From NCBI RefSeq assembly GCF_009914755.1, contig NC_060935.1: 64,000 nt of DNA. One strand, given 5' to 3'. This DNA is from the human T2T-CHM13v2.0 reference genome, Homo sapiens. The stretch's first letter is position 1; each line of letters opens with the position of its first letter. Shown piece by piece: positions 15,360 through 29,386 of this stretch. The position numbers and the translations under genes are program-made. Under the pieces are notes generated by a model. The model was not told the DNA's origin and searched no databases. It saw only the letters and a list, made by a program, of their open reading frames with translations.

Positions 15360-15507
15360 CTTTTTTATTATTTTTTATCTTTTTACAGACAGGATCTCGC
15401 TGCGTTGCTCAGACTGGTCTCGAACTCCTGGGCTTAAGGGATTCTCCTGCCTCAATCACAGCCTCCCAAGTAGCTGAGATTAAAAGTGCTCACCACCGTG
15501 CCAGCGA
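15360..15507 (-). mobile_element. Alu monomer (FLAM-like)
   Basis: gacaggatctcgctgcgttgctcagactggtctcgaactcctggg...ccaccgtgccagc. Confidence 0.8.
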
Positions 15508-15839
15508 GTTCAGTTTTTGAGGTAAAAACAAGTGCACTCAAAAAGAAAAACACTGACAAATGTGTTAGAGTGGAGCATATTCCAAATAAGAATCACAAGC
15601 CTCGAAGAGGGGCTTCTGGAGAGTTCAGAGACTTACAGGCTAAAGATGACAGACCTCGAAGTGAGCCAGACCCACTGTGTACAGAGGCTGGATTTGGTCA
15701 GGCAGTTTCTTGGGACTCAAAAGAAGTAGAATCAAACCAGAAACAAAAGAACAAAATTTCCAGAAATGCTGGGGTCTTGGGTGTGCAGACTGATCAGGAT
15801 TGAGTGCTGTTGCCCAGTTCTGGGTCTTCTTTTTCTCCC

Positions 15840-16515
15840 CCAGCTTTATAGAGATGTAATTGACAAAAATTATATATATTTAAGGCATGCAATGTGATTT
15901 TTGATATGTGTATATATTGCAAAATGTTCACCACACTCAAGCTGATTATCTAACATATCCATCACCTCACATAGTTCCTTTTTTTTTTTTTTCCTTCAAG
16001 ACAGGGTCTCACTGTGTCATCCAGGCTGGAATGCAATGACGTGATCTTAGCTCACTGCAACCTCCGCCTCCTGGGCTAAAGGAATCCTCTTGCCTCAGCC
16101 TCCCGAGTAGCTGGGACTACAGGGACATACCACCACATCTGGCTAATTTTTTGTATTTTCAGTAGAGGCAGGGTTTTGCTGTATTGCCCAGGCTGGTCTC
16201 AAACTCCTGGGTTCAAGTGATCTGCCCACCTGGGCCTCCCAAAGTCAATTTTTTTTTTTTTTTTTTTTTTTGGTGAGAACAATTAAGATCTACTCTCAGC
16301 AAATTTCAAATACACAATACACTATTGCTAATTGTAGTCACCATTAGATCTCCAGAACTTATTCTGCATATCTGGAACTTTGTACCCTTAGACCAACCTG
16401 TTCCCATATCCCCCATCCTCCAGCCCCTGGCAACCACCATTCTACTCTCTGCTCCTAAGCATCTGACTTTTTTTATATTCCACATATTAGTGAGATGTGT
16501 GCAGTATGTGTTCAA
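15840..16515 (-). mobile_element. L1MA 3' end with an AluJ inserted at about 15978-16245
   Basis: cagctttatagagatgtaattgaca...catatccatcacctcacatagtt...ctccagaacttattc; L1MA 3'UTR. Confidence 0.85.
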
Positions 16516-16539
16516 GGAGATTTTAAATTATTTTTGCAA

Positions 16540-17500
16540 AGGAATTTCCTGTGCAATATGCTATTTGATTGCCAAAACAAGACTGTGAATTCAGTGCAGG
16601 ACAATGTGAATCACTCTACTCTATAGATGAGAACTGAGGCTCATACAGTCCTCTAGTTAGCAGCAAGACAAAGGTCAAAAGGCAAGCCTCTTAGGCTCTG
16701 TTATCTGAACTAACAGAGAACTGTATTCCAACTATTGGTAACTTCATTCAGATAATTTCACCCTCTGTAAGAAATAACACTGAACACTTATTGAGCACTT
16801 ACCTTATAAGCATAGTAGTTCATGTAATCCTCGCCACAAACTGAGAAGTCAATCTATGTGGGTTCCTTCCATTTCACAGATAAGGGGAAATTGGAGCTCA
16901 GAGATTTAAGCCACCTGCCAGAGGTCACATGGCCCATAAAAGGTAAACCAGGATTCACACTCAGGTCTGCGTGACCCCACACACCAAGCTCAACACTGCC
17001 GTTATGGATAAATTTGCCCCCTACCCACACACACATATATGTTTTGCCCAGTTACTCAGAAAACACATTTTCTCACCTGTATTTTGCACTTCACTTTGCC
17101 TGCCCAGCCACTGCCTTTAACTGACACAACTCAAGGCATAGGGGCAAGCGATATTAGCTCAGGAAACCTGAGCTGTGACCCTGAGCTGCTGACAGAATGT
17201 CTGATATTTATAGCAACTTAGAGTCAAGCACCAGGAAAAGTGTGTTCTGGACTATTGCAGATGTCCTCAGGGAGAAAGAAAATATCTCTATGAAAAATCA
17301 TGTGGGATGCTTAACTGATGGAACATCAAACATGAAAAGACAGTTCAATGGGTTTGCATCGGTTAAAAAATAATAGTAAAAGCATGACCCAGTCAACCTC
17401 TGTGGATAACATTCTTCAAACGTTTAGGATATAGCCACAGGAGAAGACCCATCACTAGTTGAATTTCTAAATTGCCACCCTGTACTTTAACTATCTTACT
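16540..17500 (+). pseudogene. Degraded hAT (Tip100/ZMYM1-like clade) transposase coding fossil, split by a MIR
   Basis: Colinear motifs: YLIAK/Q..ESLYSIDEN; LLSELTENCIPTIGNFIQ; DTTQ (D at 17123); ESSTRKSVF; GCLTDGTSNMKRQFNGF (D at 17317); CG*HSSNV (C at 17401). Contains stops and frameshifts. Confidence 0.72.
16770..17000 (-). mobile_element. MIR
   Basis: aacacttattgagcacttac...ccatttcacagataaggggaaattggagctcagagat...aggattcacactcaggtctg. Confidence 0.8.
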
Positions 17501-17569
17501 TATGCATTTTGTTATTGATTTAGATCTGTCCCATTCCACCAAGGATTTAAGGCTAAAGATTTAAGTTGT

Positions 17570-17930
17570 GAAGATGATAATGGATTGACTCTATGAATGG
17601 CCACATTTTTTTATGCCTCCCTTTTCCCTTGTCCTCGGGCAGTGTCCTCCGACACTGACTCTGTGCTTGGCCCTGTGACTTGCTTTGGCCAATGGTACAG
17701 CAGCAAACTTGATGCAAACACAACTTGAAAAAGAAGAGGACAGCCAAGTCATCCCAGCCAAGGCCACCCTGGACCAGCCAGCCTCTTGCCAAGCTGCCAG
17801 TGACCACAGAGTCCAATTAACAACAGCCAGTCCTGGCCCAGGTCAGCACACCCATGAGAAAGAACTTGCTATCATTTAAAGCCATGGGTTTGGGGGTGGT
17901 TTGTTGCACAGCAATAACTAACTAATACAG
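17570..17930 (+). mobile_element. MLT1-family LTR
   Basis: gtgacttgctttggccaatgg...tttaaagccatgggtttgggggtggtttgttgcacagcaataactaactaataca. Confidence 0.75.
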
Positions 17931-17958
17931 AAACTTACATTCTACAAAAATGCTATTA

Positions 17959-18369
<411 letters not shown>

Positions 18370-18789
18370 TCAAAATTGTTTATATCCTATTCCCTCTACC
18401 AGGCCAAGCTCATATGCCAATTTCCTCATGGAACCTTTCACTCCTCCATCTCTTCGCCAAGTTGAAATGTTAACTTCTGCTTCTCTGGGATACTTCGGAC
18501 CTTTGTTTAAAGCTCTCCCATCTGCTTTCTGCGCTATGTTTAGGGTTATGTCTGGATGGGAATAGGTCTGTCTCTTGCCACTACTGGTAAAATTGGTTCT
18601 TGCTTAGCATGATGTGGGCTCCCCACATCTGGCACAGTGACTTGCGCAGGTATGAGCAATCTTGATCAATGTTTGTTGAATGAATAGGCAAATAACTATT
18701 GTAAGAGTTTAGCATGAGGGAAAACTCCAACAGAAGTGTGGTAGTCAAGAAGGGTTGAATTAAGGAAGGAGGAGTTAATGTCCTTGACA

Positions 18790-19705
<916 letters not shown>

Positions 19706-20386
19706 CCTTGGAGAATAGGTAGATTGTTATTACAGCGATGGGAGGGAAGTATACATCCCAAATAGATGACCAGAACAGCATAAACCAAGATACAGGTGGG
19801 GAAGAGTATGAGATGCATGGCGGGATGGAATGTGCCTCCCCTCCCCATCCTTGAGGAGAAAGTCTCCTTGGCAAGATTAAGTAAAAAGACAGCGACTTTA
19901 TTAGCATAATAATGCATCAAGGAGCAAGAGAATAGTTGATTTGTTTTAGACATGCTCTAAGAATCTGGAGAATTTAAATTCTGAAGGCTCTAACGTCTCC
20001 TCTGCAGGGTGGAGCCAAGACTCTGAGGAGAGGGCTGAACTGTGAACCTAGAAGTACCATCTCCCCCTGCACACACCTTTGGTCAAGTTGACCCCAAGAA
20101 GAAGGACAAGTCCTCTGCACGGCGATGAGGCCATACACACAGTCTGTGGCCCGGCTTTGGGAGACTGATGGGACAAAGGATGTTTTGCACGATCCTTGGT
20201 CTCTGAGCAAATATATACATGGGTTAACACAAAGGCTCTCTTTTTGAAAAATGTGACTGTGAAAGTGTGCCCTCCCAGATATTCCAGGCATAACACAGGA
20301 GTGACTGCATGTTTGGGGACAGTGCGGAGGCCACTCTGATTAGATCAGAGGATGTGGACTGGTTCATGATGTAAAAGCTGAAGGGA

Positions 20387-20738
<352 letters not shown>

Positions 20739-20961
20739 TCAAGTGCCATGGATTAAGGGAGGGAGTAAAGGCAGAGGGCCAGGACAGATGGTTGGATCTG
20801 TCTTAGAGGTGAGGTACCTTCAAGATGCCTCAGGGAAAATGGCCAGTAGTCCATCAGGACTCAAGAGTAAGACTCCAGGAAGACACTTGAAATGGGAAGA
20901 GAGCTAAGAAAATAATCCACATAGAGGTGATCATTAAAGGCGTAAAGAATAAAGCAATAAC

Positions 20962-20999
<38 letters not shown>

Positions 21000-23892
21000 A
21001 CTGAACTTTAGGGAACAAGTAAGTAGGCTTCTTTTGTGTCCCAAAGCCAGAGAACGAGAACATTTCAAGAAGAGGGGTTAAATTCAGCCTGAAGAAGGAA
21101 GTTGCACAAAATCTCTGGATGTGGCTACCGGGAAGGCCTTGGTGAATTCTGAGCGAGCCGTTCCCACGGAGGGAGCAGTGGATGGAGGCCAGCTGAGGAC
21201 TGCCGGGGTAGAGGGTGGGTGGAGCAGCCAAGGGAGACAGGAGAGGGTGGGAGCCAATGAAACGGAGAGAGGGAGGCTAGGAGATTTGCAGGCCAACAGC
21301 ATCACATTAAGTTTCTTTTTAACAAGACGATCCAGTTTTTCATTAGAGAAAGAAGGAAACTGCAAATCAGGGGTATTTAAAGGTCGTGTGAAAATCACGA
21401 AAACCTCAAGTTGAATCTGTTCCCACCTAAATAACTTTTGTTTAGAAACCAAGCAAAGCCACTGAAACCATCTCAGCACAAATCCCAAAATGGAATTATT
21501 CGGATGTCTCTGAAATGGTGTAGGTGCCATGAGCCACTGTGCTAATATGCAGTGTGTCCACACAGAGCCCAGGGCCCAGTGGTGTCAGAGACAAAGGCCA
21601 GAGCTTCCCAGAAAGTTCCATAAGGACAGGAATTCAGGAAGTGGGGTCAAGGGAAGAGCTGCTGTCACTGAATATACTGCAGCTTAAGAAAATGATCCTG
21701 TTTAACCAGCACCTACTATGGGCTAGGCACTTCACCGACATTTTTCTCATCCTGAACAAGACTACGAAGTATTTTTTCTGTTACTATCCCCACAGTGGAG
21801 ATAAGGAAACACAGGTTCAGGGTAAGTTGCCTCAAACCCACAGTTCGTAAGTGGCAGAGATAACCTTGGAGCCCAGGTATATCTGCCTCTAACCCCACCG
21901 TGTTCCCATCCGGCCTGGAACCTCACCCAAACACACTGGACCCTCAAAAATAAAAAAATGAATAAATAAATAAATAAGTGTCATTATCACCTGTAACAGC
22001 CAGTAAAAGACAAGTGCCCCTTGATGTGAGTGCAGCATAACTTTCCCAGTTTGACCTCTTCAAAAGTTGGGTTTTGTTGTTTTTTAAATTATCCTGAACT
22101 TGACAAACTTTATTTTAAAAAAAAAATTCACTCACTTAGTCTTTGAGTAAATGAAGAATAGGGCCATGTGTCAGTGCTGGGGACACAAGCCCTGTGCTCA
22201 AGTTGTCACAGAGAGAGAAGGCTCAGGACAGCAGGGTGGTGGGGGGGCATCTTCCTTCATAGAGGAGAGAATATGAGCCAAACCTATTTGTCTAAATTTG
22301 TTTTTATTTTCATCAAAGTATTACCTATAAATCTGAAAAACCAAATAGTGCCCCAAAAAGCTTACAATTGAAAATGGAAGTCTCCTGTTTCCTATCCTTT
22401 CACCTTGTTTCCCCAAAGCTGTCTCTGCTGTTATTTCTATCCCCATCTCTAAATAATACATGTATTCTTTAAGCCAGGTGCGGTGGCTCATGCCTGTAAT
22501 GCCAGCACTTTGGACAGCCAAGGCTGGTGAGATCACTTGAAGCCAGGAGTTCAAGACCAGCCTGGGCAACATGTTGAAACCCCATCTCTACTAAAAATAC
22601 AAAAATTAGCCAGGTGCAGTGGCACATGCCTGTAGTCCCAGCTACTGGAGAAGCAAAGGCAGGAGGATTTCTTGAGCCCAGGAGGTGGAGGTGTCAGTGA
22701 GCTGAGATCAAGCGACTGCACCCCAGCCTGGGTGACAGAGTGAAACCCTGTCTCTAAATAAATAAATAAATATATAAAACTAAATAACATGTGTATTCTT
22801 CAATCTCTTGGCTCGTCATCTCAGCCTCGTTGTGTTTAGAGAAATTTTTCTTCCATTCCCTCTTTTCCTCCCCTTATGCTCCCAAAATAATATCTCAATC
22901 TTTTAAAATCCACATTCCACATTTTCACTTTTATAAATACACAAATATTATCTTATTCCTGGGCCAAGTAGCACACTATGATCTTATTTCCTTTCCTTTT
23001 TGTTCTTCCTGTTAACAATTACCTCATTTTTCATCAACTTAGTACGGTTTGTTGTTGTTGTTGATGATGAAAACAATTGATGAAATCTTTCCATGCCTCA
23101 ATATAATTTTCCACATCACCAAACCTGTCAGATCATTTGTTAGGCCGAGTTTTCTTCCTGAGGACAAACTCCCCCAGCCACTAGAGCCTTCTGACTTCTG
23201 CTGATCTAGGCAGCTTGCTCTCTGGTCCAAGGCATAGCTGTCTCCTTGTGTCCCTGGAGCCATGACCCAAGGAATTCCCTTCTCTCTTCCCTCCTCTGTT
23301 GCAGTCCTTGTTTCTGGATCTAACTTCTTTCTTGGAGCCCTGATTTAAGTTAAACACATCCTTCAGCAGTTCCCTAAGAAAGGTACATAGGAGGCAAGTT
23401 ATTTGAAGACACAATATGTCTAGAAAGCTCTTTATTTCTCCCATCATGTTTAACTGACAGTCTGGGTTGGTGTGGAATACTAGTTAGAAAAACATCTTCA
23501 GTCAGATCTGTTTTTTGCTTATTTTGAGACAAAGTCTCACTGTCTCCCAGGCTGGAGTGCAGTGGTGTGATCTTGGCCTCCCGGGTTCAAGAAATTCTCC
23601 TGCCTTAGCCTCCGAAGCAGCTGGGACTACAGGCCTGTGCCACCACAGCCGGCTAATTGTTGTATTTTTAGTAGAGATGGGGTTTCACTATGTTGGTCAG
23701 GCTGGTCCCCAATGCCTGACCTCAAGTGATCCACCCGCCTCAGCCTCCCGAAGTGCTGGGATTACAGGCATAAGCCACCGCTCATGAGCCAGTCTTAGTC
23801 AGAATTTTGAAAGGCATTGCTTCCTTGTCTTCAAACTTCCAGTGTCACTGTTGAGCAGCCTGATGCCATCACTCCAGAGGTTTCCTGTGCGG

Positions 23893-24535
<643 letters not shown>

Positions 24536-24884
24536 AGCTGTCTCCAGAAACCTCACAGAACTACCTTGATCTCTGCATCTGAAAGGTTGTAATGATGAGC
24601 CTGGATGTGGATATTTTTTTCACTGACTGAGTTGGATACTCAGTGGATCTTACCATCTAGGACACATGTCCTTTAATTCTGGGAAATTTTCTTGTATTAT
24701 TTCCTTGACAATTTCATTCCTTCCTCTCTCCATTTCCGGGACCCCTATTAGCTGAATGTTGGACCTCCTAGATTGATTCATTAATTATATATAAATTTTT
24801 TCAGAGACAGGTCTTGCTCTGTCACCCAGACTGGAGTACAGTGGTACGATCAGGGCTCAACAGCAGTCTCAAACTCCTGGGCTC

Positions 24885-24935
24885 GGCCGGGCATGGTGGC
24901 TCACACCTGTAATCCCAGCACAACAGAAGAAAAAA
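24885..24935 (+). mobile_element. Internally deleted mini-Alu (about 50 bp) inserted antisense in an AluJ
   Basis: First 36 nt of Alu plus caacagaagaaaaaa; TSD aa(a/c)ctcctgggctc at 24871-24884 and 24936-24949. Confidence 0.85.
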
Positions 24936-27555
24936 AACCTCCTGGGCTCAAGTGATCCTCCTATCTCAGCCTCCCCTAGTGGCTGCGACTACAGGTGCAC
25001 CATATGCAACTAATTTGTTTATTTTCTGTAGAAATGTGGTTCTACTATGTTGCCCAGGCTGGTCCCAAACTCCTGGCCTCAAGCAATCCTCCCACCTCAG
25101 CCTCCTGAAGCACTGGGATTATAAGCATGAGTCACCACGCCCAGCATGATCCCTAATTGCTTACACTTTCTCTCCTGCCTCTTCTCTGCTTCATGTCTTT
25201 GTCTCTCTTTGTTATATGTACAGAGGAAGTTCTTCAACTTTATCTTCCAACTCTTGATAATTTTTAAAATTTTTACCATCAGGATTTTTACTTTTAAGGA
25301 TTCTTTCTTTTTCTCTATTTCTTTTTTATTTCACTCTGTTACTTTTTAATGGGTGCAATATGTTCTTGTATCTCTCTAAGGATATCAGTTATGGTTTCTT
25401 CAACCTTATATTCTGCTCCCTGCATAGTCTCCATTTCCTCTTGGTTCATATCTTCCTCAGAATACTGAGAGAAAGTGTCCCTCAAGTGTCCGTGATCTTT
25501 GGGTGTGTGTTGGTATTTAATGGTTCCCCACTGCAGGGCCAGTTGGAGGTATGAAGTGCCTGAGTGTGGCATGTTAATTGGACACTCAGTTGCTCCCACC
25601 AGCTTATCTGCTACAGACCCCTGAGCATAAGCATCTGTCAGTCATTTCTTTGGGCTTGTTTAATTCCTCCAGTGAAAACACACTTCAATCTTTGCATGGG
25701 GTTAGTGCAGGATGCAGGCATAAGCCTGATTCTGGTACCCTGGAGGTGGGTGGGGAAGGAGGCTGGGAGCCTTTATTAGGACACCTCACCCCTTCTCTTC
25801 ACACTTGGCATCTCTGAGACCAGGACCTCTGGTCTCTCGTGGGAGTAAGGAGGACAGTCACCTGGCTGCATAGGATGGAGTGGGACTTGGAAGTCTACTG
25901 CTCCTTACACAGACTTTCAAACTACCCCCTACCCCTATTCTCAGGTCCTGCCCCACTTCCTGTGATACCTGGTGCCTCTGATCCTGGACCCTTTCTGGGT
26001 CTCTGTAGAGAAAATCAGCTCATTTCTATAGTGCCTTCCCCACTGGTAAGTACAGAGGTTTGATGTTTCTCCTCTCTGCTGAGCGCTTTATCCTCCTCCA
26101 GCAGCTTCCCCCTCCACGTATTGAGATTCAAGAGTAGGGAGGTCTCCATGTTCCACCAAAGACGGAGTTCAGGCTTCTATTCCTGTTCTCCTGTGGTTTC
26201 TGTACAGTTTTCAGGAGGGGAAAGGAGTGGAAACCTTTCTTCTACTGTCTTAGAAAGTCTTGGGCAAAATCTGAAATGGGGGATAGGAGTTGACCAGGCA
26301 GATGAGGCAGCAAAGGGTATTCCTGCCAGAGGCAGCTATCTTCACAGGCAAAGAGGAATAAAGAGAGCCTCCTGCTGCATGGCTGCAAGCAGGGAGAAGC
26401 TAGAGCCTAGGCTAAGGAAGTGGATCCGGAAGGGCCTTCAATGGGCCAAGAAGTGTGTCCTTGATCCTGGAGCAAACGAGGAGTGGGAGGAGAGGAGCCC
26501 CTTGGCCACATCTGCCCTGGGGCAGCAGCATGGCAGAGGTGCCAGGGGAGCAGAGCGTGGGGGGCATGCGGGGGAACAGACACGCTGGGAGGAGAGAGTC
26601 CCCTAGGGATGTGAATGTGGGAACAGGAGGAGGAGTACTCTGAAAGCTGTCTCAGAGCTGGAACCAGCAGGACTTGTGACTAACAGGAACGGGGCATGAG
26701 GGCAGAGGGAGAAGTGTAGTTTGAATCAAGTTTCTGGTTTGGGCAACAGAGTAGGTGGCAAGGCTGTTGACAGAGATGAAGAAACACCGCGGGAGAAGGC
26801 AATGTGGGGAAAACTCTATTTGCATCTGTATTACATTCCTCCAAATTCCATCTCTGAGAAGTCCACGCTGGCATTATATATAGTCGCAGTCAATATCCAC
26901 ATAACATTGTGGTCCTGCTTTTTTCCCTTAGCAGTACGTTTCCAGGTGTCACCAGAATCCTCAACGTCTTCCTTTGATTTGGCCACAGAATATTCCATTG
27001 TGTTAATAAACATGCCGGTTTCACCTTCTTATCCCCATATTCTGGGCATTCTGAAGAGGACTGTGATGGACACCAAGTTGTTCTCAGTAGGGCCTGTGAG
27101 TGGCTCCATAGCCCAGGTCTCCTGCCTCCTCCAAGGCTGAGGACCCCCTGAGGGCAGCTCAGGGGTGCCGTTGCATCTGCTCTGCCATCTACAACAGGAA
27201 ATGTTGAGGAAGAATGCTTGAGACCTCACAGTCCCTGTAACTCACTGATCCCCAAAACCACCCCTGAACCTCAGAGGAACTTGCTTCCCCCTCTGGTCCC
27301 CAGGCAACACTGATTCTCCCAAGCTAGGTCGGAGCAGGGAACCTCACTCTTCCTCCACCTGAGCCCTCTCCCCTTCCCAGTGGCCATGCTGTTTTCTGCC
27401 GTCACCCTCCCCAGTAATGGCCTCGCTCACATCTCCTCTCAAGAGGGTCCCAAGGTACATGGGTCAAGTGAAATCAGGGTTGCCCCAGACCTAAGAACAG
27501 TGGTGCCCCCAGAGGGAAGCTGGAGCCCTGTGGCAGAGGTGGAGGAAGAGGAGAG

Positions 27556-27640
27556 GACCAATCAGTTGTTATGGCAACCAGGGCTCCCAAGATGGAGGGA
27601 AGGGAAAAGGCGGCCCTGCTCATCAGTTGCCATGGCAACC
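27556..27640. promoter_or_regulatory. Double RFX X-box with adjacent CCAAT
   Basis: CCAAT at 27558-27562; GTTGTTATGGCAAC at 27565-27578; perfect palindrome GTTGCCATGGCAAC at 27626-27639. Confidence 0.7.
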
Positions 27641-27969
27641 CAGAGCCTCCAGGCCAGCTTTGAAAACAAAAACCACACACACCCCACTTAACAAAGAAAG
27701 TACCCAGGACTCCTCGGTATGCTCCGCAATCCAGAGCGCCAAACGGAACAGGTCAAGGTCTGGTCTCACGATTGACTTTGTAGACTTTTTTTAGGGGCAG
27801 AAGGGCTGCTTTTTTTCTGAGAAAATAGAGAGCCAGGGCTTGATAACCCGTAGGGTCACTCAGCAAGCATTTACTGAGCCTACTACATGCCAGGGCCACA
27901 GCGACAAATTAAGATCCAGACCCACTTTCAAAGGAGGAGAACAGATATTTCCACATCAGTACGAGACTT

Positions 27970-28230
27970 GCTGGAAGTCTTCCCTGACGACGGTTTGGCA
28001 GTGTTCATTAAAAATTTTAAGTGGATGTTCTCTGTGACCCAGCAATCCCATTTCTAAGACGCTGCCTGCAGAAATATTTGAATCTGAAGGTGATCTTTGC
28101 AGCATTATTTACAGCAGTAGATAATGGAAAACAACCTAAATGTCCCGTAATGGAGGCCAGTTACATCAATTTTGGTACATGCATACACGTTGAAAATGCA
28201 AAGGCGTACGGGCGGAAGAACACATAAGGA
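27970..28230 (+). mobile_element. L1ME 3' fragment
   Basis: gacccagcaatcccatttctaag...ggaaacaacctaaatgtcc. Confidence 0.7.
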
Positions 28231-28355
28231 ACCATTAGCAGCCATTACCCAGGAGTCGCAGGACTGACCAATAGGGTTAGAGAAGGGGGGCGTTTCACTT
28301 TACTTCTCAACCATTTGGAGATGTTACAAGAGTGCGCTTCCCTCCCGCCCCCAAG

Positions 28356-28948
<593 letters not shown>

Positions 28949-29085
28949 TTTACTTTTATAACTTAAGGAAAATGCTAAATGTTTGGGATGATTGGTCATA
29001 CAATGGGATTTATAGTGATGAAAATCAAGTACGTTAACTGGTTATGATACAATGCAAAAAAAAAAAAAAAAAAAAAACCAGCACA

Positions 29086-29386
<301 letters not shown>

